The notes below the pieces were generated by a model. That model searched no databases. It had not been told where the DNA came from and saw nothing but the letters and a program-made list of their open reading frames with translations. Positions 18,087 to 25,937 of a DNA stretch of 28,366 nt are shown in pieces; positions within the stretch are counted from its first letter, which is position 1, and each line of letters opens with the position of its first letter. Source of the stretch: a virus (taxonomy: Duplodnaviria; Caudoviricetes); IMG/VR virus record IMGVR_UViG_3300032219_000562, positions 1 through 28,366 of that record, one strand, 5' to 3'. A program made the position numbers and the translations under genes.

Positions 18087-18263
18087 ATGAATACGAGAGC
18101 AATTATAGATTATGCGGTTCAAGACGATGCATCAGGAATGCGTGAAGCTCTATATGCTGAAATAATGGATAGAGTTAATTCACATATTGAAATCAAGAAG
18201 CAAGAAATTGCTCAAGGTTTTATTTCAGAACCAGAATATGAAGAAACATACGAAGAAGAATGA
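18087..18263 (+). CDS. g67: Prohead core protein, gp67-like (58 aa; not in the ORF track)
   Basis: ATG at 18087 after AAAGGA. MNTRAIIDYAVQDDASGMREALYAEIMDRVNSHIEIKKQEIAQGFISEPEYEETYEEE is short and helical with an acidic tail, directly after g20 as for T4 gp67. ATGA overlap with the next gene. Confidence 0.75.
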   Translation: MNTRAIIDYAVQDDASGMREALYAEIMDRVNSHIEIKKQEIAQGFISEPEYEETYEEE

Positions 18264-18583
18264 AATCTTTAAAAGAATTCATAAATTCTAAAAATACAGA
18301 AGAAGATGTTAAATATACATTTCCAATTCGTCAGTTAGAAGAAAATGTATTGCAACATTTAAATAATATTGTTAATAATCATCAAGCAAAGTCAATTAAA
18401 TTTAAAGATGGTTCATCAATGAAAGTTGATGTACAAACTGCACATGCTATTTTAAAAGTGCATGGTGCGGTAAATCATGAAAATAAAGAAAAAATTGCAA
18501 ATATGGCACATAAGAGCAAATCGCATTTTAAGAAAGTTGCTGATTTTGCTTGGAAACATACAACTTATAAATCTAAGGATTAA
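18260..18583 (+). CDS. Basic His/Lys-rich prohead-associated protein (in the g68 position)
   Basis: 107 aa with an MKSLKEFI N-terminus resembling internal head proteins, between the g67-like gene and g21. Homology to gp68 itself was not recognised. Confidence 0.6.
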   Translation: MKSLKEFINSKNTEEDVKYTFPIRQLEENVLQHLNNIVNNHQAKSIKFKDGSSMKVDVQTAHAILKVHGAVNHENKEKIANMAHKSKSHFKKVADFAWKHTTYKSKD

Positions 18584-18585
18584 AA

Positions 18586-19119
18586 ATGGCAACATCTAAT
18601 TCGCAACAAATTATACTTGATACCACAAAAAGAACTATTATCAAACGTGTAGGTATTTTTGATGCTGCTGGTGGTGATGAAGTTCAAACAGTCCTACTTG
18701 ACCCAAGAAGTTTAAGTGGAACATTAGATGCTAATGGACGCTTATGGACATCAGGAAATACTTTACCAACAGGATTTAGTGCTAATTGTATAACAATCAA
18801 ACGTATAGTATATAATGTCGATGCTGAAGTTGGTCATATACAATTAAAATGGCAAGGAACTGGTGCAAGTAACGACAGGACAATTTTTGCTTTTGGAGTA
18901 GGTGCTGGAGATACTAACCCTAATGATAATTTACCACCTATTTGGAATAATTCTGTTAATCCAACAGGTAATATTACTATTCAAACTGTTGGCACCACAG
19001 CAAACGCAGCATATACTCTAATTATTGAGTTACACAAAGATAACAGATACTTCCAAGCTGGTCAGTTTAATGATCCAGCAGCGTTCAACTATCCGCCATA
19101 TGGATTAGAACCAAGATAA
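18586..19119 (+). CDS. Hypothetical beta-rich protein, probably virion structural
   Basis: 177 aa ORF with AAGGA upstream, inside the head operon. Function inferred from context. Confidence 0.6.
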   Translation: MATSNSQQIILDTTKRTIIKRVGIFDAAGGDEVQTVLLDPRSLSGTLDANGRLWTSGNTLPTGFSANCITIKRIVYNVDAEVGHIQLKWQGTGASNDRTIFAFGVGAGDTNPNDNLPPIWNNSVNPTGNITIQTVGTTANAAYTLIIELHKDNRYFQAGQFNDPAAFNYPPYGLEPR

Positions 19120-19136
19120 AATATAGGGAAGCTAAC

Positions 19137-19781
19137 ATGAAACTAATTAAAGAAGTATCAGAAGCCGTAGAATATCTCACAGAAGATAATAACGGACAAA
19201 AACAATTATTCATTCAAGGACCATTTCTAGTAGCTGAAAGAAAAAACAAAAATGGTCGTTTGTATGAGTATAACACTATGAAAAAAGAAGTTCATCGTTA
19301 TACCAATGAATATATTAACAAGAATCGTGCTTTTGGTGAATTAGGTCATCCTGATTCGCCTACACTCAATTTAGAACGTACAGCTATTCTTATTACGTCT
19401 CTGCATGAAGATGGTCATCAGTGGATTGGTAAAGCAAAAATTTTAGATACGCCTATGGGTAATATTGCTAAGAAACTCATTGAAGGTGGAGCATCTTTAG
19501 GTGTTTCATCAAGAGGTATGGGTTCTCTTAAAAATGTAAATGGTGTTAATGTGGTTCAACCCGACTTTTATCTTGCCACAGCGGCTGATATTGTAGCAGA
19601 TCCTTCCGCACCCGGAGCTTTCGTTGAGGGTATTATGGAAGGTAAAGAATGGATGTTAATAGATGGCGTTTGGACAGAAATGGATCAGTCAAAAGCTATT
19701 CAGCAAATTAAAACTGCGAGTAGAAAAGAGATTGAACAAGTGAGTCTACGCATCTTCGAAAACTTCATAAAAAAACTTTAA
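19137..19781 (+). CDS. g21: Prohead core scaffold protease gp21
   Basis: MKLIKE, N.NGRLY, GELGHP, LDTPMG.IAK.LI, GVSSRGMGSL and DIVADPSAP.AFV.GIMEGKEW. Confidence 0.97.
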   Translation: MKLIKEVSEAVEYLTEDNNGQKQLFIQGPFLVAERKNKNGRLYEYNTMKKEVHRYTNEYINKNRAFGELGHPDSPTLNLERTAILITSLHEDGHQWIGKAKILDTPMGNIAKKLIEGGASLGVSSRGMGSLKNVNGVNVVQPDFYLATAADIVADPSAPGAFVEGIMEGKEWMLIDGVWTEMDQSKAIQQIKTASRKEIEQVSLRIFENFIKKL

Positions 19782-19782
19782 T

Positions 19783-19790
19783 TATAAATA
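19783..19790 (+). promoter_or_regulatory. T4-type late promoter TATAAATA for g22
   Basis: Exact consensus in the g21-g22 gap, followed by AAGGAG. Confidence 0.8.
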
Positions 19791-19821
19791 TTCAATATAG
19801 AAAAACAAGGAGATTTCTAAA

Positions 19822-20970
19822 ATGTCTAAATTTAACCTTTCTGAAGCCGCTAAAGAGATTTTACATGGTAATGTAATGTCTAAAAGAGCAGGCCAACAGC
19901 AACAAGGAAAACTACATGGTGATGCAGCTTACGGTACTAAAGAAGCTGGTTTGATTGGTACTGATCCAGACCAGTATTCTGATGATTTACCAGATTATAC
20001 AAAAGGTGTACCTTCAGCAAAACCACCAGGAGCAACACCTCCAGTTGGTAGTGAAGGCATGCCTCGCTTAGATGCTAAGTTTAATCAACAAGCACACGGC
20101 CGCAGTGATCTGGATATTTATCAAGTAGAGCCTACAGCTATGGATCATATTCGTGACCGTATTGCAGGTAAATTGGCGCCACAGACAATGCCAATGAATC
20201 CAGGTGCTACATTCCAATCATATCATGAAGAATTAGATGTGTCTGATGATGTTGCAGCTTTACTAGAAGGCGAAAGTTTGTCTGAAGAATTCAGACAAAA
20301 AGCAACAACTATTTTTGAAGCTGCTGTTCTATCAAGAGTTGAAACTATTGCTGAAGCTATGGAAACTAACTTAATGGAAGAATTTCAAGTGGCTATTGAG
20401 CAAGTTAAAGAAGAACTAGCAGAAAAATTAGATGATTATCTGAACTATATGGTTGAAGAATGGATGCAACAAAATGAATTAGCAGTTGAAAGAGGATTAC
20501 GTGCTGAAATCACTGAAGAATTCATTGGTAAATTACGCAACTTATTCGTAGAATCATATATCGATATTCCAGAAGAAAAAGTTGATGCAGTAGAAGAACT
20601 AGTTGGTCGTGTTGAAGAACTAGAAGATGCTCTAAATGAAGAAATTCAAAAGAACATCGAGTTCACAAAAAGCATCAACGAACACAGAAAAATAGAGGCT
20701 ATCCACGCAGCATGTGAAGGCCTTACTCAGACTCAAGTAGAAAAAGTCAAGTCACTTGCAGAAGGTGTTGAATTTACTACTGATGAAGAATTTGGAGAAA
20801 AACTAGAGACAATTAAGGAATCATATTTCCCAAGTCAAGTTAAATTTGCCGAATCGTCTGATCTGAACGAAGAAATTCAAATTGATGACGAAGATAAAAA
20901 AGATATCAAATCTTCAGATCCAATGATGAATGTATACGCTCAAGCCATCACTAAATCTTTGGCTAAATAA
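19822..20970 (+). CDS. g22: Prohead core scaffold protein gp22
   Basis: LSEEF..KATTIFEAAV, DDYLNY.VEEWM..N.LAVE.GLR.EI.E.FI and KLETIKESYF; acidic coiled coil between g21 and g23. Confidence 0.93.
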   Translation: MSKFNLSEAAKEILHGNVMSKRAGQQQQGKLHGDAAYGTKEAGLIGTDPDQYSDDLPDYTKGVPSAKPPGATPPVGSEGMPRLDAKFNQQAHGRSDLDIYQVEPTAMDHIRDRIAGKLAPQTMPMNPGATFQSYHEELDVSDDVAALLEGESLSEEFRQKATTIFEAAVLSRVETIAEAMETNLMEEFQVAIEQVKEELAEKLDDYLNYMVEEWMQQNELAVERGLRAEITEEFIGKLRNLFVESYIDIPEEKVDAVEELVGRVEELEDALNEEIQKNIEFTKSINEHRKIEAIHAACEGLTQTQVEKVKSLAEGVEFTTDEEFGEKLETIKESYFPSQVKFAESSDLNEEIQIDDEDKKDIKSSDPMMNVYAQAITKSLAK

Positions 20971-20973
20971 ATA
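20962..20973 (+). promoter_or_regulatory. Putative late promoter variant (CTAAATAAATA) for g23
   Basis: Two overlapping TAAATA cores around the g22 stop, about 30 nt before the g23 ATG with an AAGGAG site. Confidence 0.55.
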
Positions 20974-21003
20974 AAAAACCAATAATAACAAAAGGAGACT
21001 TAG

Positions 21004-22329
21004 ATGTATCTTTCCGAACAACTACAAAACAAATGGGCTCCAGTTCTGGATCATCCAGAATTAACAGCAATTAAGGACCCGTACAAAAAAGCTGTTACAG
21101 CAATGGTTCTAGAGAACCAACAACAAGCTATGAGACAAGACGCTGGCCTGTTGATGGAAATCACTGATCCAGGTCCAACTAACGTTACAGGTGGCGTTCA
21201 AAACTTTGACCCAATCTTAATTTCATTAGTTCGCCGTGCATTACCTAACCTAATCGCTTATGATGTTGCTGGCGTTCAGCCAATGACTGGTCCTACTGGT
21301 CTTATCTTTGCAATGAGAGCAAGATACAGTAACCAAAACGGTACAGAAGCATTCTACAACGAAGCTAATACCATTTTCTCTGGTACAAGCTCACAAGGTA
21401 GCCCATACGGCTTTGCTGGTACTCCAGCTACTGACGTTGCAACAAACCCAGTTGCAAGCCTAGCAGCTAATGCATACACAACTGGTGATGGTATGTCAAC
21501 AGCGATTGCTGAATATTTAGGTTCAGAAAGCAACGCAGTATTCCAACAAATGGCATTCAGCATTGAGAAAGTTTCCGTAACTGCTCAATCCCGTGCGCTA
21601 AAAGCTGAATACTCACTAGAATTAGCACAAGACTTAAAAGCAATTCATGGTCTAGATGCTGAGACAGAACTAAGCAACATTCTGTCAACAGAAATTCTTG
21701 CTGAAATTAACCGTGAAGTTATTCGTACTATCTACACAACTGCTGTAGCAGGTGCTCAGTATGGTACAACAACTGCTGGTTACTTTGACTTAGATACAGA
21801 CTCAAACGGTCGTTGGTCAGTTGAGCGTTTCAAAGGTCTAATTTTCCAAATCGAACGTGATGCTAACGTAATTGCAAAGCAAACTCGTAGAGGAAAAGGT
21901 AACGTTCTAATCGTTTCTTCAGATGTTGCTTCAGCAATGGCTATGGCTGGTGTTCTACAATACACACCTGCTCTACAAGCTGATCTACAAGTTGACGATA
22001 CAGGCAATACTTTTGCTGGTCTATTGCATGGTCGTATCAAAGTGTACATCGACCCATACTTTGGTGGTTACACAAGCAATCAAGAACTAGTGACAGTTGG
22101 ATATAAAGGTTCTTCACCTTATGACGCTGGTCTGTTCTATTGCCCATATGTTCCTCTACAAATGGTTCGTGCTGTTGACCAGTTCACATTCCAACCAAAA
22201 ATTGGATTTAAGACTCGTTACGGTATGGTAGCTAACCCATTTGCTGAAGGTATCACAAAAGGCAATGGTGCTCTAACTGCACGTGGTAATGTTTACTACA
22301 GAATCTTTGGTGTTAAAAACCTAATGTAA
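21004..22329 (+). CDS. g23: Major capsid protein gp23
   Basis: FDPILISLVRRA.PNLIAYDVAGVQPMTGPTGLIFAMR, SRALKAEYSLELAQDLKAIHGLDAETELSNILSTEILAEINREV and FQPKIGFKTRYG. Confidence 0.99.
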   Translation: MYLSEQLQNKWAPVLDHPELTAIKDPYKKAVTAMVLENQQQAMRQDAGLLMEITDPGPTNVTGGVQNFDPILISLVRRALPNLIAYDVAGVQPMTGPTGLIFAMRARYSNQNGTEAFYNEANTIFSGTSSQGSPYGFAGTPATDVATNPVASLAANAYTTGDGMSTAIAEYLGSESNAVFQQMAFSIEKVSVTAQSRALKAEYSLELAQDLKAIHGLDAETELSNILSTEILAEINREVIRTIYTTAVAGAQYGTTTAGYFDLDTDSNGRWSVERFKGLIFQIERDANVIAKQTRRGKGNVLIVSSDVASAMAMAGVLQYTPALQADLQVDDTGNTFAGLLHGRIKVYIDPYFGGYTSNQELVTVGYKGSSPYDAGLFYCPYVPLQMVRAVDQFTFQPKIGFKTRYGMVANPFAEGITKGNGALTARGNVYYRIFGVKNLM

Positions 22330-22367
22330 TTCTGTTGTACATTAAGTCACCATCAAGAGTGGCATTT

Positions 22368-22399
22368 AAAAGAGGCTCTCAAAAGGAGCCTCTTTTTTT
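22368..22399 (+). terminator. Intrinsic terminator after g23
   Basis: AAAAGAGGCTC-(7 nt)-GAGCCTCTTTT with a T7 run. Confidence 0.9.
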
Positions 22400-22400
22400 G

Positions 22401-22408
22401 TATAAATA
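22401..22408 (+). promoter_or_regulatory. T4-type late promoter TATAAATA for g3
   Basis: Exact consensus immediately after the terminator and before AAGGAG and the ATG at 22426. Confidence 0.8.
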
Positions 22409-22425
22409 CTCCACAAGGAGAAAAA

Positions 22426-22956
22426 ATGACACAGCTAATAGCTTCGCCACAAAATACAAATTTTCTACAATCTACAAAGTTTGTATTAACTTTTCCAAGA
22501 ATAAGCACAACACAATATTTTTGTCAAGAAATTAATTTACCAGGCATTTCTATAGATGAAATTGTACAACCAACACCCTTTGTTGATTTGTATAGACCTG
22601 GAGATAAATTAAAATATGAAGCATTAAATATTACATTCATCGTAGATGAAGCACTAGAATCATGGTCAAGCATTCATGATTGGTTAAGAGGTATGGCTTT
22701 TCCTACAAATTTCGATGAATATAAAAATCTAAAAAATCTAAGTCCAATTGCCACGTATTCATCAAGGCCACAATACACAGATGGTACGTTGAACGTACTA
22801 AGCGGATTAAATAATGCAAGATTTTCTATTGATTTTGTGGATATTTTTCCCATATCTTTATCGTCAATCCAGTTCAATTCTACCGCTACTGACACACCAA
22901 CAATAACTGCCACAGCGTCATTTAGATATTCTTGGTACGATATTAAAAAGTATTGA
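22426..22956 (+). CDS. g3: Tail completion / tube terminator gp3-like
   Basis: N.NFL...KF...P....YFCQ.INLPGIS, PGDKL.YE.L.ITFIVDE.L..W..IHDWL.G and FPISLS.IQF. The position g23-g3-uvsY matches cyanophage-type order. Confidence 0.85.
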   Translation: MTQLIASPQNTNFLQSTKFVLTFPRISTTQYFCQEINLPGISIDEIVQPTPFVDLYRPGDKLKYEALNITFIVDEALESWSSIHDWLRGMAFPTNFDEYKNLKNLSPIATYSSRPQYTDGTLNVLSGLNNARFSIDFVDIFPISLSSIQFNSTATDTPTITATASFRYSWYDIKKY

Positions 22957-22982
22957 CATGCAATAGTCAGTTATGCTATAAT
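22953..22982 (+). promoter_or_regulatory. Consensus sigma70 (early-type) promoter for uvsY
   Basis: TTGACA (22953..22958), 18-bp spacer, TATAAT (22977..22982), with an extended -10 TG at 22974..22975. Confidence 0.85.
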
Positions 22983-23012
22983 CAAAATTGGTTAACTTTT
23001 ATACATTTTATT

Positions 23013-23450
23013 ATGGAAACATTAGAACAAGTATTGTCCTTTTGGGAAAAAGATTCTGTTGTTGATGAAACTGAACCATCTAGAGAAATTATTCGTATTC
23101 CAAATCTTCACAGCAAATATCTTAATATTATGACAAAGCATAGAATTGCTGTAAAGAAAGCTACATTTGATTATCATAAAATGAAAAAAATCAAATGGGA
23201 ATACTATACAGGTAAAATGGATGAAGATGATTTGAAGCTGTACGGCTGGGAACCTTTTCGCTTTACCCTCAAATCCGACGTGACTACATATCTAGAGAGT
23301 GATGGTGATTTAATAAAACTTCTAGAAAAAAAGGTATATCATGAAGAAGTCGTTGACGTATGCACAGCTATTCTTAAAGAACTGGCTAACAGAACATGGC
23401 AACTTCGTGAACACATGACACATGAACGATTTATCCAAGGCGCAAGATAA
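23013..23450 (+). CDS. uvsY: Recombination mediator UvsY
   Basis: LEQV...WEKDS..D, IPNLHSKYL, KWEYYTGK and YLESD.DL. The ATG at 23013 is preferred over the track start of 22953, which lies in the promoter. Confidence 0.9.
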   Translation: METLEQVLSFWEKDSVVDETEPSREIIRIPNLHSKYLNIMTKHRIAVKKATFDYHKMKKIKWEYYTGKMDEDDLKLYGWEPFRFTLKSDVTTYLESDGDLIKLLEKKVYHEEVVDVCTAILKELANRTWQLREHMTHERFIQGAR

Positions 23451-24951
23451 AATAACAATTGCAAAGGCTAATGAAGTATATGCCACAATTGAATGCGAAA
23501 AACATTTAGCTAAAGAACTATCAGAATATTTTACGTTCTATGTTCCAGGCTATCAGTTCATTCCAGCATTTAGAAATCGAATTTGGGATGGAAAAATTCG
23601 TTTGTTGGATCTAAGAAATAATAGTATCTACTTAGGTCTTTTACCATACATTGAAAATTTTGCAGAAGAAAGACAATATGTCGTTGAGTATGGTGATCCA
23701 AGACCAGATTTGACTGATGACTTTTCTTTATACTTAGCTAAAAAATTTATAGATGAACTCGATCTACATGCTCACGGTAAACCTATAGAAACTAGAGATT
23801 ATCAGTTAGCAGCATTTACTCATGCTATGCGACATAAAAGAGCATTATTACTGTCTCCTACCGCTTCAGGTAAGTCTCTTATCATCTACCTTTTTATACG
23901 TCAATTCCTTGATTACAAGGGCTACAAGGGGTTAATTATAGTCCCGACTACATCACTAGTGGAGCAGTTATATACTGACTTTGCAGACTACTCATCAAAA
24001 AATGGATTTGATGTAGAAAAGAACATACATCGGGTATATCAAGGTAAAGATAAAGTTTCTGATAAAAAACTTATCATATCTACTTGGCAATCTTTGTATA
24101 AGATGCCTCCCGAATACTTTGAGCAGTTTGATTATATTATTGGAGATGAAGCACACCTATTTAAATCACAATCTTTGACTAGCATTATGACTTCGTGCGT
24201 AAATACAAAATATCGCATAGGGTTAACTGGTACACTAGACGGCACAAAAACACACAAACTTGTACTAGAAGGTTTATTTGGACCAATAAAAAAAGTTACA
24301 ACAACAAAAGAACTTATTGATAGTGAACAGTTGGCTGATTTTAAAATCAAATGTCTAATACTCAAACATCCAGATGATATAGCAAAACAGCTAAAGAATA
24401 AAGAATATAAAGATGAAATTGCTTATTTAATTCAATGTGAGGCAAGAAATAAATTTATAAAAAACTTAGCACTTTCTCTTGGTAATAATACATTAATATT
24501 GTATCAATATGTTGACAAACACGGTCAATTGTTGTATGATTGGATTACCAATGCCAAAAACATAGGCAATCGTAAAGTTTTTTTCATTCATGGTGGAGTG
24601 GATGCAGAAGAAAGAGAAAGAGTTAGAAAAATAATGGAGGAAGAAAAAGATGCTATTGTTATCGCTTCTTTTGGTACTTTTAGTACCGGTATTAATATAC
24701 GCAATTTACATAACATCATATTTGCGTCTCCCAGCAAGTCTAGAGTCAGAAATCTTCAATCAATCGGCAGAGGACTTCGAAAAGGAGAAACAAAAGATGA
24801 AGCAACCCTCTATGATATTGCCGATGACCTTCGAGTTGGCAAATACATGAATTTTACGTTAAGACATTTTGTGGAAAGAACAAAAATATATAACGATGAA
24901 AGCTTTCCCTATAAACTATACAAAATAGGACTAACAAATGGAACAAATTAA
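23422..24951 (+). CDS. uvsW: DNA/RNA helicase UvsW
   Basis: WDGKIRL, RDYQ, SPTASGKS (Walker A), GDEAH (DExH), GLTGT, FSTGINI and LQSIGRGLR. Confidence 0.96.
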   Translation: MNDLSKAQDKITIAKANEVYATIECEKHLAKELSEYFTFYVPGYQFIPAFRNRIWDGKIRLLDLRNNSIYLGLLPYIENFAEERQYVVEYGDPRPDLTDDFSLYLAKKFIDELDLHAHGKPIETRDYQLAAFTHAMRHKRALLLSPTASGKSLIIYLFIRQFLDYKGYKGLIIVPTTSLVEQLYTDFADYSSKNGFDVEKNIHRVYQGKDKVSDKKLIISTWQSLYKMPPEYFEQFDYIIGDEAHLFKSQSLTSIMTSCVNTKYRIGLTGTLDGTKTHKLVLEGLFGPIKKVTTTKELIDSEQLADFKIKCLILKHPDDIAKQLKNKEYKDEIAYLIQCEARNKFIKNLALSLGNNTLILYQYVDKHGQLLYDWITNAKNIGNRKVFFIHGGVDAEERERVRKIMEEEKDAIVIASFGTFSTGINIRNLHNIIFASPSKSRVRNLQSIGRGLRKGETKDEATLYDIADDLRVGKYMNFTLRHFVERTKIYNDESFPYKLYKIGLTNGTN

Positions 24952-25315
24952 AATAGTTCGATTAAAAACAGGAATTGATATAATTGGTAGTATATCAGAA
25001 GAAAAGTATAAGATTATAGTTAAGAATGCCATGGTTATTGATATTCATGATGATTTTAAAAACCAAAAACAAATACTTGCTCTTTCTCATTGGGCTAGTC
25101 CAACTGTTATCAAAGAAAATATATGCTCAATATTTGAGAATGATATTCTTTGCAGGTTTGATCCAACAGAAGAATTTCTTAAACATTATGAAGATACTAT
25201 AGAAGCGATGCACAGTATTAGTGCAACAAAAAAGAAAGCTGATGAAATGTCAGATGAAGAAATATATTCTTTGATTGAAGCTATGGAAGAAAGAGAACAC
25301 AGTACACTACAGTAA
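24938..25315 (+). CDS. Hypothetical protein, possible Sm-like fold
   Basis: IKIVRLKTG.DIIG...IIVKNAMVI pattern resembles small phage Sm-like beta-barrel proteins. AGGA upstream; sits between uvsW and g55. The fold call is tentative. Confidence 0.55.
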   Translation: MEQIKIVRLKTGIDIIGSISEEKYKIIVKNAMVIDIHDDFKNQKQILALSHWASPTVIKENICSIFENDILCRFDPTEEFLKHYEDTIEAMHSISATKKKADEMSDEEIYSLIEAMEEREHSTLQ

Positions 25316-25350
25316 TTAATCCTATTATCAGCATCATTCTGGACATACTA

Positions 25351-25379
25351 ATTATAACGTTATATAGGACACTTGTCAA
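25351..25379 (-). promoter_or_regulatory. Consensus sigma70 promoter on the minus strand
   Basis: The reverse complement reads TTGACA (25379..25374), 17-bp spacer, TATAAT (25356..25351), with an A-tract just upstream (25383..25388). Confidence 0.8.
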
Positions 25380-25399
25380 CACTTTTTTATGGTAAACTT

Positions 25400-25933
25400 A
25401 TGCGTAAACAAAAACATTATGTAAACAATGAAGATTTTCTCAAAGCACTTATCCAATACAAGGAAGACTGCAAAGAAGCCAAAACCAATAATCTGATTAA
25501 ACCTATAGTACCAAATTATATAGGTGAGTGCTTTATGAAGATTGCAGAAGGTTTATCACACAAACCAAACTTTATCAATTATCCACATAGAGATGAAATG
25601 ATTGGTGATGGTATTGAAAATTGTTTAATGTATTTTGAAAACTTTGATCCAAGCAAATCTAAAAATCCATTCGCATACTTTACACAAATCATTTACTTTG
25701 CATTTCTTCGCCGCATCCAGAAAGAAAAAAAGCAGTTGTATATTAAGTATAAAGCCACTCAACAAGTTGGCATTTTAGACGAATATGAAATGATGGAATT
25801 TGAAGATGGTACCACAAAACAGTTTGAACTGTATGATAACATTTCCGAATACATAGAAAACTACGAGGAAGGCAAACGTAAGAAAAAAGAGGCAAATAAG
25901 CCTAAAGGTATTGAAAATTTTTTGGAAGAGTGA
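25400..25933 (+). CDS. g55: Late-transcription sigma factor gp55
   Basis: HYVNN.DFL.AL, YIGECF.KIA.GLS.KPNF.NY, MIGDGIENC..Y..NFDP.KS.NPFAYFTQI.YFAFLRRI.KEKKQ. The ATG at 25400 is preferred over the TTG at 25373. Confidence 0.96.
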   Translation: MRKQKHYVNNEDFLKALIQYKEDCKEAKTNNLIKPIVPNYIGECFMKIAEGLSHKPNFINYPHRDEMIGDGIENCLMYFENFDPSKSKNPFAYFTQIIYFAFLRRIQKEKKQLYIKYKATQQVGILDEYEMMEFEDGTTKQFELYDNISEYIENYEEGKRKKKEANKPKGIENFLEE

Positions 25934-25937
25934 TATT

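Noticed and set aside
22335-22535. 66-aa + strand ORF after g23
   Set aside because: It runs through the terminator and late promoter and overlaps g3 out of frame.
12178-24951. Introns, inteins or homing endonucleases in g17, g20, g23 or uvsW
   Set aside because: These ORFs are continuous and of expected size, with no splicing or GIY-YIG/HNH/LAGLIDADG motifs seen.
25390-25398. Forward extended -10-like TGGTAAACT before g55
   Set aside because: Its predicted start site would fall just downstream of the g55 ATG at 25400, and the nearest -35-like hexamer is only 14 bp away.
22953-25937. Track start codons for uvsY (22953), g55 (25373) and the glycosyltransferase (25911)
   Set aside because: These starts fall in promoter elements or inside the upstream gene. 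The ATGs at 23013, 25400 and 25938 fit family N-termini and spacing better.
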